A stretch of 64,000 nt of DNA, taken from an uncultured delta proteobacterium (GTDB lineage Bacteria > Myxococcota > Kuafuiibacteriia > Kuafuiibacteriales > Kuafuiibacteriaceae). Below are positions 32,464 through 41,821 of the stretch, one piece after another. The stretch is from NCBI GenBank assembly GCA_963803435.1, contig CAWDML010000001.1, positions 1,856,001-1,920,000 of the forward strand, given 5' to 3'. Under the pieces are notes generated by a model. It worked only from the letters and a program-made list of their open reading frames with translations, did no database searches and was not told where the DNA came from. The position numbers were made by a program, and so were the translations under genes. Positions within the stretch are counted from its first letter, which is position 1; each line of letters begins with the position of its first letter.

Positions 32464-34319
32464 AACGCCTCCCCCAGGCTGAAGTGGATCGCGTAGTGCG
32501 AGGTCGGATCCGGCTCGCCGTCTCCGGTCCGGTTGAGCCGGACGCCCACGTCGAGCCGGATCGCGCCGACCGGCGTGCGGTAGCGGATCCCGCCGCCGGC
32601 GGCCCAGTGAAGATGGAGCGGATCGAGGGCGCCGAGCCGCTCGGTGACGTCGGCGCCGTCGGCGAAGATCGCGACGCCGAACCACTGTCCGAACAGCTCG
32701 AACAGATCGAGCCGCAGCTCGACGTTCGTCTCGAGCAGCGCGGTGCCGCCGACCGGGAGCGCAGGATCGCCGCGACGAGGCGCGAGCCGCCGCCGGTTGA
32801 AGCCGCGCTGGCTCTCGGGACCACCCGCGAAGAAGCGGCGCGTGATCGGCAGCGTGGGGGAGGCGAAGAGCGTCCCACCGAAGCGGGCGCGTCCCGCCAG
32901 CACCAGCCGGCGCCAGAAGATCGGCACGTAGCCACGCAGCTCGGGGATGACCGTCGAGTAGGCGCCCAGACCGAAGGCCTGGCCGACCTCGAAGCGCAGC
33001 TCGGCGTAGTAGCCGAGCCGCGGATCCACAGGATCGTCGCGGCCGTCGTAGCCGAGGAACGGAGAGGCCGACAGCAGGCGCAGCGGGCTCTCGATCCCGA
33101 TGGACCGCAACGCGTCGTCCTTCAGCGCGGGATCGAAGCGCGGCGTGACGGCGAGGTGATCATACTGGAGGCGGATCCCGACGCGCAGGCGGTCGTCCAG
33201 GAACGGACGATCGAGCGCGACCGCCAGGCTCGGCCCGTTGGTGAGGTACGCCTCCAGCTGGACGAAGCGGTACTCGACCGCGAGCGTGCCCACCAACCGC
33301 GTCCAGATCAGGTCCTGGCGCTCGAGCTCGGCGCGCGCCTCGATGCTGGGGCCACCCTTGTCGGCGTTCTTCACCAGGAGCTCCCAGGACGGGCGCACGG
33401 TGAGCCTGAGCGTGAGCAGCGGATCGAAGAAGCTCTTGCGCGCGTAACTGGCCAGGGCGCGCAGCTGGTAGCCGTTGCCCCGGCCGAAGCCGAAGCCGAA
33501 CCGGAGCTCGTTCCGCGGGCCCTCCGAGACTCCGATCCCGACTGCGAGGCGATCGGTGGGGTGGTCGCGATCCCAGCCGAAGCGGACGCTCTCGGCGAGC
33601 CCGGTCTCGAGGATGCGGCTGCGGGTCACGTCGAGACGCTCGGGATCGAAGCGATCGCCCGGAGCCAGCGCGCAGCGTCCTCGTACGAAGCCCTCGGGGA
33701 GGCGGTCCAGCCCCTCGACCGTGATCTCGCCGATGCGCACCGCCGGCCCCGGCTCGACCGTATAGATCGCCCTCACCTCCAGGCGATCGCGATCGACCTG
33801 GGCGTGCCCCGACACCTCGGCGAACGCGAAGCCGTGCGCGACCAGGGCCTTCCTGAGCCGCACCTTCACCGCCTCGTAGGCGTCGTAGTCGAACGGCTCG
33901 CCGATGCGGAGCGGCGCGGTCAGCGCGCGCAGGCCCTGCTCCTCTTCGGGCGGCGTACCGCCGAGGTGCACCTCGGTGAGCAGCGACGGCTGGCCCTCCT
34001 CGACGACGAATCGCACCGCCACGCCGTCACCGGACTGCGTGATCTCGACGTCGGTGACCTTCGCGGAGAACCAGCCGTGGCGGCGGTAGTAGGACTCGAT
34101 GCGCCTGCGATCGACCGGGATCGCCAGTGGCTCGTAGACCGCGTGATCGAGATAGAACCAACCGTCGGGCGGGTGGTGCGAGAGACCTTGGAGGACATCG
34201 CCCGCGTCGAGACCGTGAGCCCCGTCGAGCGTGGCCTCCTCGACGCGGAGACCGGGCGCAGTCGCACACGCGGACAGGATCAGCGCGAGAGAGAGCGAAG
34301 GTGGGTCGAGGCGCAACAT
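32460..34319 (-). CDS. tamA: TamA/Omp85-family outer-membrane protein with POTRA domains
   Basis: YRRHGWF and GFAFA POTRA motifs; RFFAGGPESQRGF; GGIRYRTPVGAIRLD; terminal HFSLGEAF. Confidence 0.9.
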   Translation of the reverse strand: MLRLDPPSLSLALILSACATAPGLRVEEATLDGAHGLDAGDVLQGLSHHPPDGWFYLDHAVYEPLAIPVDRRRIESYYRRHGWFSAKVTDVEITQSGDGVAVRFVVEEGQPSLLTEVHLGGTPPEEEQGLRALTAPLRIGEPFDYDAYEAVKVRLRKALVAHGFAFAEVSGHAQVDRDRLEVRAIYTVEPGPAVRIGEITVEGLDRLPEGFVRGRCALAPGDRFDPERLDVTRSRILETGLAESVRFGWDRDHPTDRLAVGIGVSEGPRNELRFGFGFGRGNGYQLRALASYARKSFFDPLLTLRLTVRPSWELLVKNADKGGPSIEARAELERQDLIWTRLVGTLAVEYRFVQLEAYLTNGPSLAVALDRPFLDDRLRVGIRLQYDHLAVTPRFDPALKDDALRSIGIESPLRLLSASPFLGYDGRDDPVDPRLGYYAELRFEVGQAFGLGAYSTVIPELRGYVPIFWRRLVLAGRARFGGTLFASPTLPITRRFFAGGPESQRGFNRRRLAPRRGDPALPVGGTALLETNVELRLDLFELFGQWFGVAIFADGADVTERLGALDPLHLHWAAGGGIRYRTPVGAIRLDVGVRLNRTGDGEPDPTSHYAIHFSLGEAF

Positions 34320-34776
34320 GACGGCCCGTCGTCAAAACCGCGGGCGCGCGTCCGCCGAGCCCGACCTGATCGAGCACGACCCCGTTGGCCCCGCTGTTGC
34401 TTTAGCCCGAGACATGGAGACAGGAGAACTCTCGCTGGACCTGGTCTTGTCGCTGGACGGTGCGGCCCTCGAGGTGCGCCGGATCGAGCTGCTCGAGGCC
34501 CTGATCGAGCTCACCGGCCGTCCGCCGCCGGGCGGGTCGTCACAGTCGCTCAAGGAGAAGGCGCGGGCCATGGTGGCGCGCCGCGAGTGGGTGGTGCAGG
34601 CACTGGCGATGATCGGGCTCCCGACGGATCGAGATGTGGTCCGAACCCGGGTGGCAGAGCTTCGTGAATGCGAGAGATCGTGGGCGCTGCGTGTGGAGGC
34701 CAGCTCCCCGGAACCGCGTTTGATCCCGGGGAGCTTCGAAGTCGGGGTGAGTAGATTTGAACTACCGACCTCCTGA
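34318..34776 (+). CDS. Hypothetical protein (doubtful boundaries)
   Basis: Plausible codon bias in the core, but the start overlaps the tamA start and the 3' end overlaps the antisense tRNA. Confidence 0.35.
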   Translation: MTARRQNRGRASAEPDLIEHDPVGPAVALARDMETGELSLDLVLSLDGAALEVRRIELLEALIELTGRPPPGGSSQSLKEKARAMVARREWVVQALAMIGLPTDRDVVRTRVAELRECERSWALRVEASSPEPRLIPGSFEVGVSRFELPTS

Positions 34777-34816
34777 TCCCGAACCAGGCGCTCTAACCAA
34801 GCTGAGCTACACCCCG
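34742..34816 (-). tRNA. tRNA-Pro(CGG)
   Basis: Reverse complement CGGGGTGTAGCTCAGCTTGGTTAGAGCGCCTGGTTCGGGATCAGGAGGTCGGTAGTTCAAATCTACTCACCCCGA folds as a cloverleaf with anticodon loop TTCGGGA. CCA is not fully encoded. Confidence 0.96.
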
Positions 34817-35473
34817 TCAGCGCTTGAGTGACGCGATCGCCTCCCGGTAGTCCTCGTGGTGGAACACGTACGAGCCTGCCACGAGGATGTTGGCACCGGC
34901 GGCCACCACGCTTCCAGCGGTCTTGGCGTTTACGCCCCCGTCGACCTCGATGTCAATGCTGGAGAAGCGCGCCGGGTCGGCTTTCTTGCGCGCCGCGAGG
35001 TCCCTGATCTTGTCCAGAGCCGCCGGGATGAACGATTGGCCGCCGAACCCTGGGTTGACGCTCATGACCAGCACCAGGTCGAGGTCGAAGAGCACGTGCT
35101 CGAGCGTCGACACCGGCGTGTGCGGGTTCAACGCGACGCCGGCCTTCTTGCCGAGGCCCTTGATCTGCTGGATGGTCCGATGAAGGTGGACGCACGCCTC
35201 CTCGTGAACGGTGAGCATGTCGGCGCCCGCGTCAGCGAACGCCTCGAGGTAGCGCTCGGGCTCGACGATCATCAGATGCACGTCGAGCGGTAGATGCGTC
35301 GCCTCTCGCACCGCGCGCACCACGATGGGGCCGATGGTCAGGTTCGGGACGAAGCGCCCGTCCATGACATCGACGTGGATCAGATCGGCGCCGGCCTCCT
35401 CGACCGCGCGGACCTCCTCCGCGAGTCGGCCGAAGTCGGCGGAGAGGATCGACGGCGCAATCTTGGTGGGCAT
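34817..35473 (-). CDS. rpe: Ribulose-phosphate 3-epimerase
   Basis: [45 protein letters not shown]. Confidence 0.97.
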   Translation of the reverse strand: MPTKIAPSILSADFGRLAEEVRAVEEAGADLIHVDVMDGRFVPNLTIGPIVVRAVREATHLPLDVHLMIVEPERYLEAFADAGADMLTVHEEACVHLHRTIQQIKGLGKKAGVALNPHTPVSTLEHVLFDLDLVLVMSVNPGFGGQSFIPAALDKIRDLAARKKADPARFSSIDIEVDGGVNAKTAGSVVAAGANILVAGSYVFHHEDYREAIASLKR

Positions 35474-35518
35474 CCCGTCGGGACGCTAGGAGGAGCGGAG
35501 GCGGAGGTGCAAGGTCTT

Positions 35519-36151
35519 TCAGGAGACGCCGGAGCGATGGCCGAGCTGGCCCTCGACCACGACGTCCGCGCGATCGATCACGGTCCCGAGGAACCCGATC
35601 ACGAGCTTGGCGTCATCCGCGTCGAGCGTCTCGAGTCCCGTCGCGATCCGCCGCAGCACCGCCGCGCGCGCCATCTCGAGTCGCGCCAGCTTCTGCCGGC
35701 CGGACGCGGTGAGAGAGACGCCCTCGGACGACACGCGCACGAGCGAGAGGCGCTGCAACCGCAGGGCGGTCGAGCGGAGCTGCGCGGTCGACACGCCCAG
35801 GCGCGCGGCCAGCTCGGTGATCGGCGTCTCCGCCTGCATGGGCTCCAGCTCGAGGAGGAGGTCCTCCAGATCGACGGGCCAGCGCGCCATGACGCGGTTG
35901 GCGCGCACTTCGGGCGCGCTGCGCAACGCCCGCCCGATGGCATCGAGGGCGGCACGGCCGAGCGCGAGGATGTCGGCGACCTGAGCGGGGCTTCCGCTCG
36001 TCGACTCGACCGGCGCCTCTTCGGCTTCAGCGCTGGGTGTGTTCAACACAGGGCCACTCTTTCTGTTCGTCGCCTCGCGAGCAATGGGACGCACCGCGGG
36101 TACCGACTGTTGACGGATATGCTCGCGACCTACATTTCTAACGACGTTCAT
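35519..36151 (-). CDS. MarR-like winged-helix transcriptional regulator
   Basis: ITELAARLGVS....LRSTALRL....LV......LTASG; GAGG RBS. Confidence 0.65.
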   Translation of the reverse strand: MNVVRNVGREHIRQQSVPAVRPIAREATNRKSGPVLNTPSAEAEEAPVESTSGSPAQVADILALGRAALDAIGRALRSAPEVRANRVMARWPVDLEDLLLELEPMQAETPITELAARLGVSTAQLRSTALRLQRLSLVRVSSEGVSLTASGRQKLARLEMARAAVLRRIATGLETLDADDAKLVIGFLGTVIDRADVVVEGQLGHRSGVS

Positions 36152-36161
36152 TGCGTCCTCG

Positions 36162-37445
36162 ATGAGTAACCAGAGAGACAACGCCCGGGACCTCGCGCTC
36201 GACGTGCTCGAACGCGTCGCGCAGCGGGGCGCGTTCGCGACCTCGTCCCTGCGGGCGGCCTTCGCGCAAGTTGAGTTGCCACCGCGTGATCGCGCGCTTG
36301 CGACCGAGCTCGTGTACGGCGTGCTCCGTATGCGTGGTCATATCGATCGTGCACTGCGCGTGGCCAGCGGCCGGCGTATCAAAGATTTGCATCCCCCGTT
36401 GCACGAACCGCTACGGCTGGCCGCCTATCAGATCCTGTACCTCGATCGGGTCCCAGCGTTCGCCGCGGTCGACGTCGCCGTCGAGCAGGTCAAGCGGAAG
36501 GCCGGACCCCGGGCTGCGGGTCAAACGAACGCGATCCTGCGCAAGCTGGCCGCGGCCGATCCGAGCGCGCGGGTACCCCGACCGGTCGGCGTCGAGGTCG
36601 ACGCGGTCCGCCACGTGGCGGAGGTGGGGAGCGTTTCCCACGCCGTCGCCCAGGTTCTGGTCCGGGACCTGGGGAGCGCCGCGGCCGAGGCCTTCCTGGC
36701 GGCGAGCCTCGAGCGCGCGCCGCTCACCCTTCGCGCCAACCTCTTGCGCAGCACGGTCGAGGCCGTGGCGGCCGAGGTCGACGGCCGGATTGGATCGCTC
36801 CCCTACGCGGTCCGGGTCGACGGACCGGGCGCCCTCCCGTCCGAACTTCCGGCCGTGCTGCAGGGGCGCGCCTCGCCGCAGGACGAGGCGGCGATGCGGG
36901 TCGTCGAGCTCCTCGATCCGAAGCCGGGCGATCAGGTGCTCGACGTGTGCGCCGCGCCCGGCGGGAAGACCACGCACGCGGCCGAGCGCATGAACGATCA
37001 GGGCCGGGTGGTCGCGCACGATCGCCTCCCCGATCGATTGGTGCGGGTGGCCGAGAACGCGGCGCGCCTCGGGCTCACCTCGATCGAGATCGCCGACGTC
37101 CTGCCCCCCGAGTCGGAGCCGTTCGATCGCGTGCTGGTGGATGCTCCCTGCTCTGGTCTCGGAACGCTGCGGCGCCACCCCGAGATCCGGTGGCGGTTCA
37201 AGGCGAGCGACCTCGAGGAGCTGGCTCCGATCCAGCGCGCGGTCCTCGAGCGCGGCGCCGCCCGCGTACGGCCCGGTGGCGTGCTGGTGTACTCGGTCTG
37301 TACCGTCACCACCGAAGAGGGCGAAGGCAGGATTCGAGCGCTGGCAGATCGCTTCCAGCTCGACGCGGTGCTGAAGACCGGTCCGGACCACGAGGGTGCA
37401 CCGGACGGGTTCTTCGCCGCACGATTGATCCGGAGGGACACATGA
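36162..37445 (+). CDS. rsmB: 16S rRNA m5C967 methyltransferase RsmB/Sun
   Basis: NusB-like N-terminus (ATELVYGVLR), QDEA, LDVCAAPGGKT, VLVDAPCSGLG, VYSVCT, DGFFAA. Confidence 0.9.
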   Translation: MSNQRDNARDLALDVLERVAQRGAFATSSLRAAFAQVELPPRDRALATELVYGVLRMRGHIDRALRVASGRRIKDLHPPLHEPLRLAAYQILYLDRVPAFAAVDVAVEQVKRKAGPRAAGQTNAILRKLAAADPSARVPRPVGVEVDAVRHVAEVGSVSHAVAQVLVRDLGSAAAEAFLAASLERAPLTLRANLLRSTVEAVAAEVDGRIGSLPYAVRVDGPGALPSELPAVLQGRASPQDEAAMRVVELLDPKPGDQVLDVCAAPGGKTTHAAERMNDQGRVVAHDRLPDRLVRVAENAARLGLTSIEIADVLPPESEPFDRVLVDAPCSGLGTLRRHPEIRWRFKASDLEELAPIQRAVLERGAARVRPGGVLVYSVCTVTTEEGEGRIRALADRFQLDAVLKTGPDHEGAPDGFFAARLIRRDT

Positions 37446-37882
37446 TCAGACACGCGACCATCGACGACCTCGAGTTCCTGGTGCGCGGCAACCGCGAGAT
37501 GGCAAAGGAGACAGAGGCGATCGAGCTCGACGAGTCGATCCTGCGCGAGGGTGTGAGCACCCTGCTCGCGGGTCGCTCGCAGGGGGCGTACCGGATCCTC
37601 GAGCTGGAGGGCCGCGCGGTCGGCCAGCTCCTGATCACGTACGAGTGGAGCGACTGGCGCAACAAGCCCGTGTGGTGGATCCAGTCCGTATGGGTCGAGC
37701 CTGAGCACCGCGGTCACGGGCTGTTCCGCAGGCTGTACGAGGCGGTCCGCGAGGAGGCAAAGGCTGCCGGCGCGGGCGGTCTGCGCCTCTACGTCGACGA
37801 GCGAAACGCGCGCGCCCAGTCGGTGTATCGGGCACTGGGAATGGACGGTGGACACTACCGCGTGTTCGAGGACATGTTCTGA
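37442..37882 (+). CDS. GNAT-family N-acetyltransferase
   Basis: TYEWSDWRN..WWIQSV.V..EHRGHG...LY; LRLYVD..N..A..VY..LGM. Confidence 0.9.
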   Translation: MIRHATIDDLEFLVRGNREMAKETEAIELDESILREGVSTLLAGRSQGAYRILELEGRAVGQLLITYEWSDWRNKPVWWIQSVWVEPEHRGHGLFRRLYEAVREEAKAAGAGGLRLYVDERNARAQSVYRALGMDGGHYRVFEDMF

Positions 37883-37884
37883 CG

Positions 37885-38301
37885 GTGACACCCTTCGAGG
37901 AGATCGGGGGGGAGCCCGTCCTCCGCACCATCGTTCACGTGTTCGTGACCCGCATGATGTCCGACGCGATGATCGGGTTCTTCTTCCGCGAGGTCGATCC
38001 CGCCCGCCTCGAGGAGATGGAGTACCGCTTCACAGCGCGTTTTCTCGGCGCGCCGGTCGAATACACAGGCCGCCCGATCCGAGAGGCTCACCGCGTGCAT
38101 CCCATCATGGGCGGACAGTTCGATCGCCGGCGCCGGATCCTCGAAGAGGTCATCGACCAGTACGGCGTGTCGCCCGCCGTGAAGCGCGCCTGGCTCGAGC
38201 ACGTCGACAGCCTCAGGCCGCTGGTCACGCGGGACGGCGTCGGGGAGTGCGACGAGACGCGGGTGCTGGACCGCACACCTGCTCGCACCTCGCACAAATG
38301 A
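37885..38301 (+). CDS. Group 1 truncated hemoglobin
   Basis: FEEIGGE, D.MIGFFF, LGAP..YTGR.I..AH. Confidence 0.85.
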   Translation: MTPFEEIGGEPVLRTIVHVFVTRMMSDAMIGFFFREVDPARLEEMEYRFTARFLGAPVEYTGRPIREAHRVHPIMGGQFDRRRRILEEVIDQYGVSPAVKRAWLEHVDSLRPLVTRDGVGECDETRVLDRTPARTSHK

Positions 38302-38328
38302 CCGGAGCTGCCTAAGATCGGTCCCGGC

Positions 38329-39558
38329 GTGCGCGCCAAGTCGAACCTGAGCGACACGCAACCGCTCGACGCAGATGCCTGGCGACGGCTGGCGACGAGC
38401 TTCATCGCAGACGGACGGATCCCCGACGCGATCGACGCGATCGCCCGGGCCCAGCTGCTCTGCCCGCCCAGGTCCGGCCAGGTCCTGCTGGAGGTCTCCA
38501 AGGTGCTCGAGATCCTGTCGGCGCACGCGCAGACGGCACCGCTCCAGCTGCGGATGGCGAGGACCTGCGCCGCGGCGGGGTTCATCGACCGCGGCATCCT
38601 CCACGTGGAGCGCGCGCTCGACCACGACCAAGACAACCCCGACGCCCACCGCGATCTCTCCGAGCTCCTCTGGAAGCGAGGCCGCCGGGACGAGTCAATC
38701 GACGCGCTCCACCGGGTGCTCTGGATGCGGCGGGACGACGTCGACACCGCGCTGCTGATCGCCGAGCGCCTGCTCGAGCTCGGTCGCGACAAGTCGGCGC
38801 GCATGATCGTCCGTCGCATCACCGACAAGATCCCGCCGACCGGAGAGGCCGAGCTCCGGATTGGCCGCCTGCTGCGCAAGTGCGCCATGCCCGAGCAGGC
38901 GCTGTGGCGGCTCGAGAAGGCGGTCGTGCTCCTCTCCGAGTCGGCACACGCCCACTTCGAGCTCGCGCTCGCTTATACCGAGACAAAGCGGCTGGCGGCA
39001 GCCGTCGACGAGCTCGCCGAGACTGCGCGGCTCCGACCCGACTGGGGAGAGCCGCTCCGCCGCCTCGCGTTCCTCCAGCGCGAGCTGGGCCGGATCTCGG
39101 AGGCGGCCGAGATCGAGGCGCAGCTCGAGTCCCGCCCGGTCACCCTCGATATCGACGAGGTCATCGCGGTCGAGGACACGGACGAGTTCAACGACACCAG
39201 CGAGCTGAGCGGACACCTGCGCTTGATGCCGGTCGCCGAGCTCCTCCAGTTCCTCGCGCAGCGCAACCTGACCGGGATCCTGCGGGTCACGTCGGATCTC
39301 GGCGTGGGCTCGATCGAGATCTATCGAGGTACGGTGATCGGCGCCCAGCTCGACGGCATCACGGTGGCGAACGGTGAGCGCGACGAGCGCGCCCGCTTCC
39401 AGCACTGCCAAACCGTGATCGGAGAGATGATCTGCTGGACGGAGGGCCAGATCGACTTCGTCTCGAGCGGTCCCTACGATCGCGAGCCTCCCGTCCGCTT
39501 CGAGGTTCCGCATCTCCTGCTGGAGACGATGCGGATGCTGGACGAAGCGAAGGGCTGA
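38329..39558 (+). CDS. TPR-repeat plus DUF4388 protein
   Basis: Multiple TPR helices; C-terminal LSGHL....VAELLQFL....LTG.L...WTEG..F...LLLETMRMLDE. Confidence 0.8.
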   Translation: MRAKSNLSDTQPLDADAWRRLATSFIADGRIPDAIDAIARAQLLCPPRSGQVLLEVSKVLEILSAHAQTAPLQLRMARTCAAAGFIDRGILHVERALDHDQDNPDAHRDLSELLWKRGRRDESIDALHRVLWMRRDDVDTALLIAERLLELGRDKSARMIVRRITDKIPPTGEAELRIGRLLRKCAMPEQALWRLEKAVVLLSESAHAHFELALAYTETKRLAAAVDELAETARLRPDWGEPLRRLAFLQRELGRISEAAEIEAQLESRPVTLDIDEVIAVEDTDEFNDTSELSGHLRLMPVAELLQFLAQRNLTGILRVTSDLGVGSIEIYRGTVIGAQLDGITVANGERDERARFQHCQTVIGEMICWTEGQIDFVSSGPYDREPPVRFEVPHLLLETMRMLDEAKG

Positions 39559-39561
39559 GGC

Positions 39562-40200
39562 TCAGCGGTTCGGCTGGGGCGTCATCCGCAGGTACGAGCG
39601 CACCGCCTTGAAGCCCTTCGGGAAGCGCTTCTCGAGCTCCGCCGGATCCTGGATCGACGGTACGATCACGACGTCCTCGCCGTCCTTCCAGTTGACGGGC
39701 GTCGCCACCGCGTACTTGTCGGTGAGCTGCAGCGAGTCGACGACGCGCAGGATCTCGTCGAAGTTTCGACCGGTGCTCGCAGGGTACGTGATGATCGTGC
39801 GGATCTTTCGGTTCGGATCGATGAAGAACACGGAACGAACGGTGAGCGTGTCGTTCGCCTCCGGGTGGATCATGTCGTAGAGGTTCGAGATCGTCCGATC
39901 GGCGTCTGCGAAGATGGGGTAGTTCAGCTTCGTGCCCTGCGTCTCCTCGATGTCCGCGATCCACTTGGTGTGGGAGTCGAGGGGGTCCACCGAGAGCGCG
40001 GCGATCTTCACGTTGCGCCGGTCGAACTCAGGCTTGAGCTTGGCCGCTGCGCCGAGCTCGGTGGTGCAGACCGGCGTGAAGTCCTTGGGATGGGAGAACA
40101 GGATCCCCCACGACGATCCGAGCCACTCGAAGTAGTGGAGCTCTCCGTGGGTCGACTGCTGTGTGAAGTCCGGGGCGAGGCTTCCGATGTGTAGCGCCAT
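39562..40200 (-). CDS. 1-Cys peroxiredoxin (Prx6 family)
   Basis: LFSHPKDFTPVCTTELG, TVRSVF, YPASTGRNFDEILR. Confidence 0.95.
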   Translation of the reverse strand: MALHIGSLAPDFTQQSTHGELHYFEWLGSSWGILFSHPKDFTPVCTTELGAAAKLKPEFDRRNVKIAALSVDPLDSHTKWIADIEETQGTKLNYPIFADADRTISNLYDMIHPEANDTLTVRSVFFIDPNRKIRTIITYPASTGRNFDEILRVVDSLQLTDKYAVATPVNWKDGEDVVIVPSIQDPAELEKRFPKGFKAVRSYLRMTPQPNR

Positions 40201-40268
40201 GGGTGTTGGCTTCCTTTCGGCGAAGGAATGACCCTCCGAGGGCGCGAAATCAAGCTGAGATGTCGGCG

Positions 40269-41732
40269 TCAACGGTACGCGATGAGGGCGGCTGCGAAGA
40301 TGACGATCCAGGCGATGAAGTTGGTGAGGAAACCGGCCCGGACCATCTCCCCGATGCGGACGCGACCGCTCCCGAACATGATGGCGTTGGGACCGGTCGC
40401 CGCCGGCATCATGAATGCACACGAGCAGGCGAGCGCGGTCGGGACCAGGAGGAGGCGGGGATCGAGCTTGGTCGCCTGGGCCGTGCCCGCAAGGATCGGC
40501 ATCGCGATGGTGGAGAGCGCTGTGTTGCTCACGATCTCGGTGCCCAGGGTAACGGCCAAGGTCGACACCCCGACAAAGAAGACGTCCGAGCGATCCGCGA
40601 GGAGCGCCAGCCGTGCACCGACGAACTGCGAGAGGCCGGTCGTGTCGAACGCGTGCGAGAGGGCGACGCCCCCTCCGAACAGGAGGACCAGGCCCCACGG
40701 AACCTGGACCGCGTTCTTCCAGGTCAACAGTCGCTCGCCGCGCGCCTCTCCCGACGGCATGGCGAAGGCGATGCACGCGCAGAGAATGGCCACCGTGCTG
40801 TCGTCGACGCCTTTGACACCGAGCAGGCCCGCCCAGCCGGGGATCGTCAGATCGGGGCCGAACACCAGGTCCGGACGCGTGACCCAGAGGACGGCGGCGA
40901 GCCCGAAGACGCCGAGGGAGCGCACCTCGGACGATCGCCACGGTCCCAGCTCGGCGAGCTCCTGTCGGATGACGTCGCCCTCGCCGAGCGACAGCGAGCG
41001 CGGGACCTTCGGATAGACGCGGGTCAACAGCAGCCACACGAGCGGCACCACGATCACGACGACCGGGACCGCGAACGCTGCCCAGCTCACGAAGGTCATC
41101 GGTGGTCGATCGGGAAATGCGACCTGCATCGCGCTGATCGCGACCAGGTTGGGAGGCGTGCCCACGGGCGTCCCCATGCCCCCGACCGACGCGGCATATC
41201 CCGTCCCGAGCAGCACGGCGAGCGTGAAGCGCTGGGCGTCGCGTTCGTTGGAGGCTCGCTCGGTGGCGCGATCGGCGACGGCCAGCGCCACCGGAAGCAT
41301 GATGAGCGCGGTGGCGGTGTTGGAGATCCACATCGAGAGCAGCGCCGCCGCGATCTCGAAGCCGAGGACCAACCGGCGCGGGGAGGTGCCCACGCGGAGG
41401 AGGACGTGAAGCGCCACCCGCCGGTGAACCTTCGACTGCTCGACGGCACGGGCGACGAGAAAGCCTCCCAGGAGGAGCATGATCAGCGACGAGGCGTACG
41501 CGGGCGCGGTCTCCTTCGCGCTCATGACGCCGAGGAGCGGGAACGCGGCCAGCGGGACCAGCGCCGTCGCGGCGAGGGGAAGCGCCTCCGTGATCCACCA
41601 GATCCCGACGACCAGCGTGACACCGAGGAGCCGCATGCCCGCGATCGTCAACCCGGCAGGTGGCGACATCGCGATCGGGAGCGCCCCAGCGGCGAGGCCC
41701 AGCCAGAACCCGCTCCTTTGAAGCCGTGTCAC
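40269..41732 (-). CDS. SLC13/DASS-family sodium:dicarboxylate or sulfate symporter
   Basis: WWITEALP, SMWISNTAT, GTPVGTPPN, PWGLVLLFGGG, TEIVSNTA, AFMMPAATGPNAI. Confidence 0.93.
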   Translation of the reverse strand: MTRLQRSGFWLGLAAGALPIAMSPPAGLTIAGMRLLGVTLVVGIWWITEALPLAATALVPLAAFPLLGVMSAKETAPAYASSLIMLLLGGFLVARAVEQSKVHRRVALHVLLRVGTSPRRLVLGFEIAAALLSMWISNTATALIMLPVALAVADRATERASNERDAQRFTLAVLLGTGYAASVGGMGTPVGTPPNLVAISAMQVAFPDRPPMTFVSWAAFAVPVVVIVVPLVWLLLTRVYPKVPRSLSLGEGDVIRQELAELGPWRSSEVRSLGVFGLAAVLWVTRPDLVFGPDLTIPGWAGLLGVKGVDDSTVAILCACIAFAMPSGEARGERLLTWKNAVQVPWGLVLLFGGGVALSHAFDTTGLSQFVGARLALLADRSDVFFVGVSTLAVTLGTEIVSNTALSTIAMPILAGTAQATKLDPRLLLVPTALACSCAFMMPAATGPNAIMFGSGRVRIGEMVRAGFLTNFIAWIVIFAAALIAYR

Positions 41733-41821
41733 ACCCTTCGATCCCCCGAGTGACGTCTGCTCGACAAGCATTGCTCGACCCTCGATAGCCGCGTGCGGAG
41801 CAAGGGCCCTATTCGATCTTC

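Noticed and set aside
34700-34745. Genomic island integrated at the tRNA-Pro 3' end
   Set aside because: No integrase and no duplicated tRNA 3' end seen in the window; downstream genes (tamA/tamB) look like core genes.
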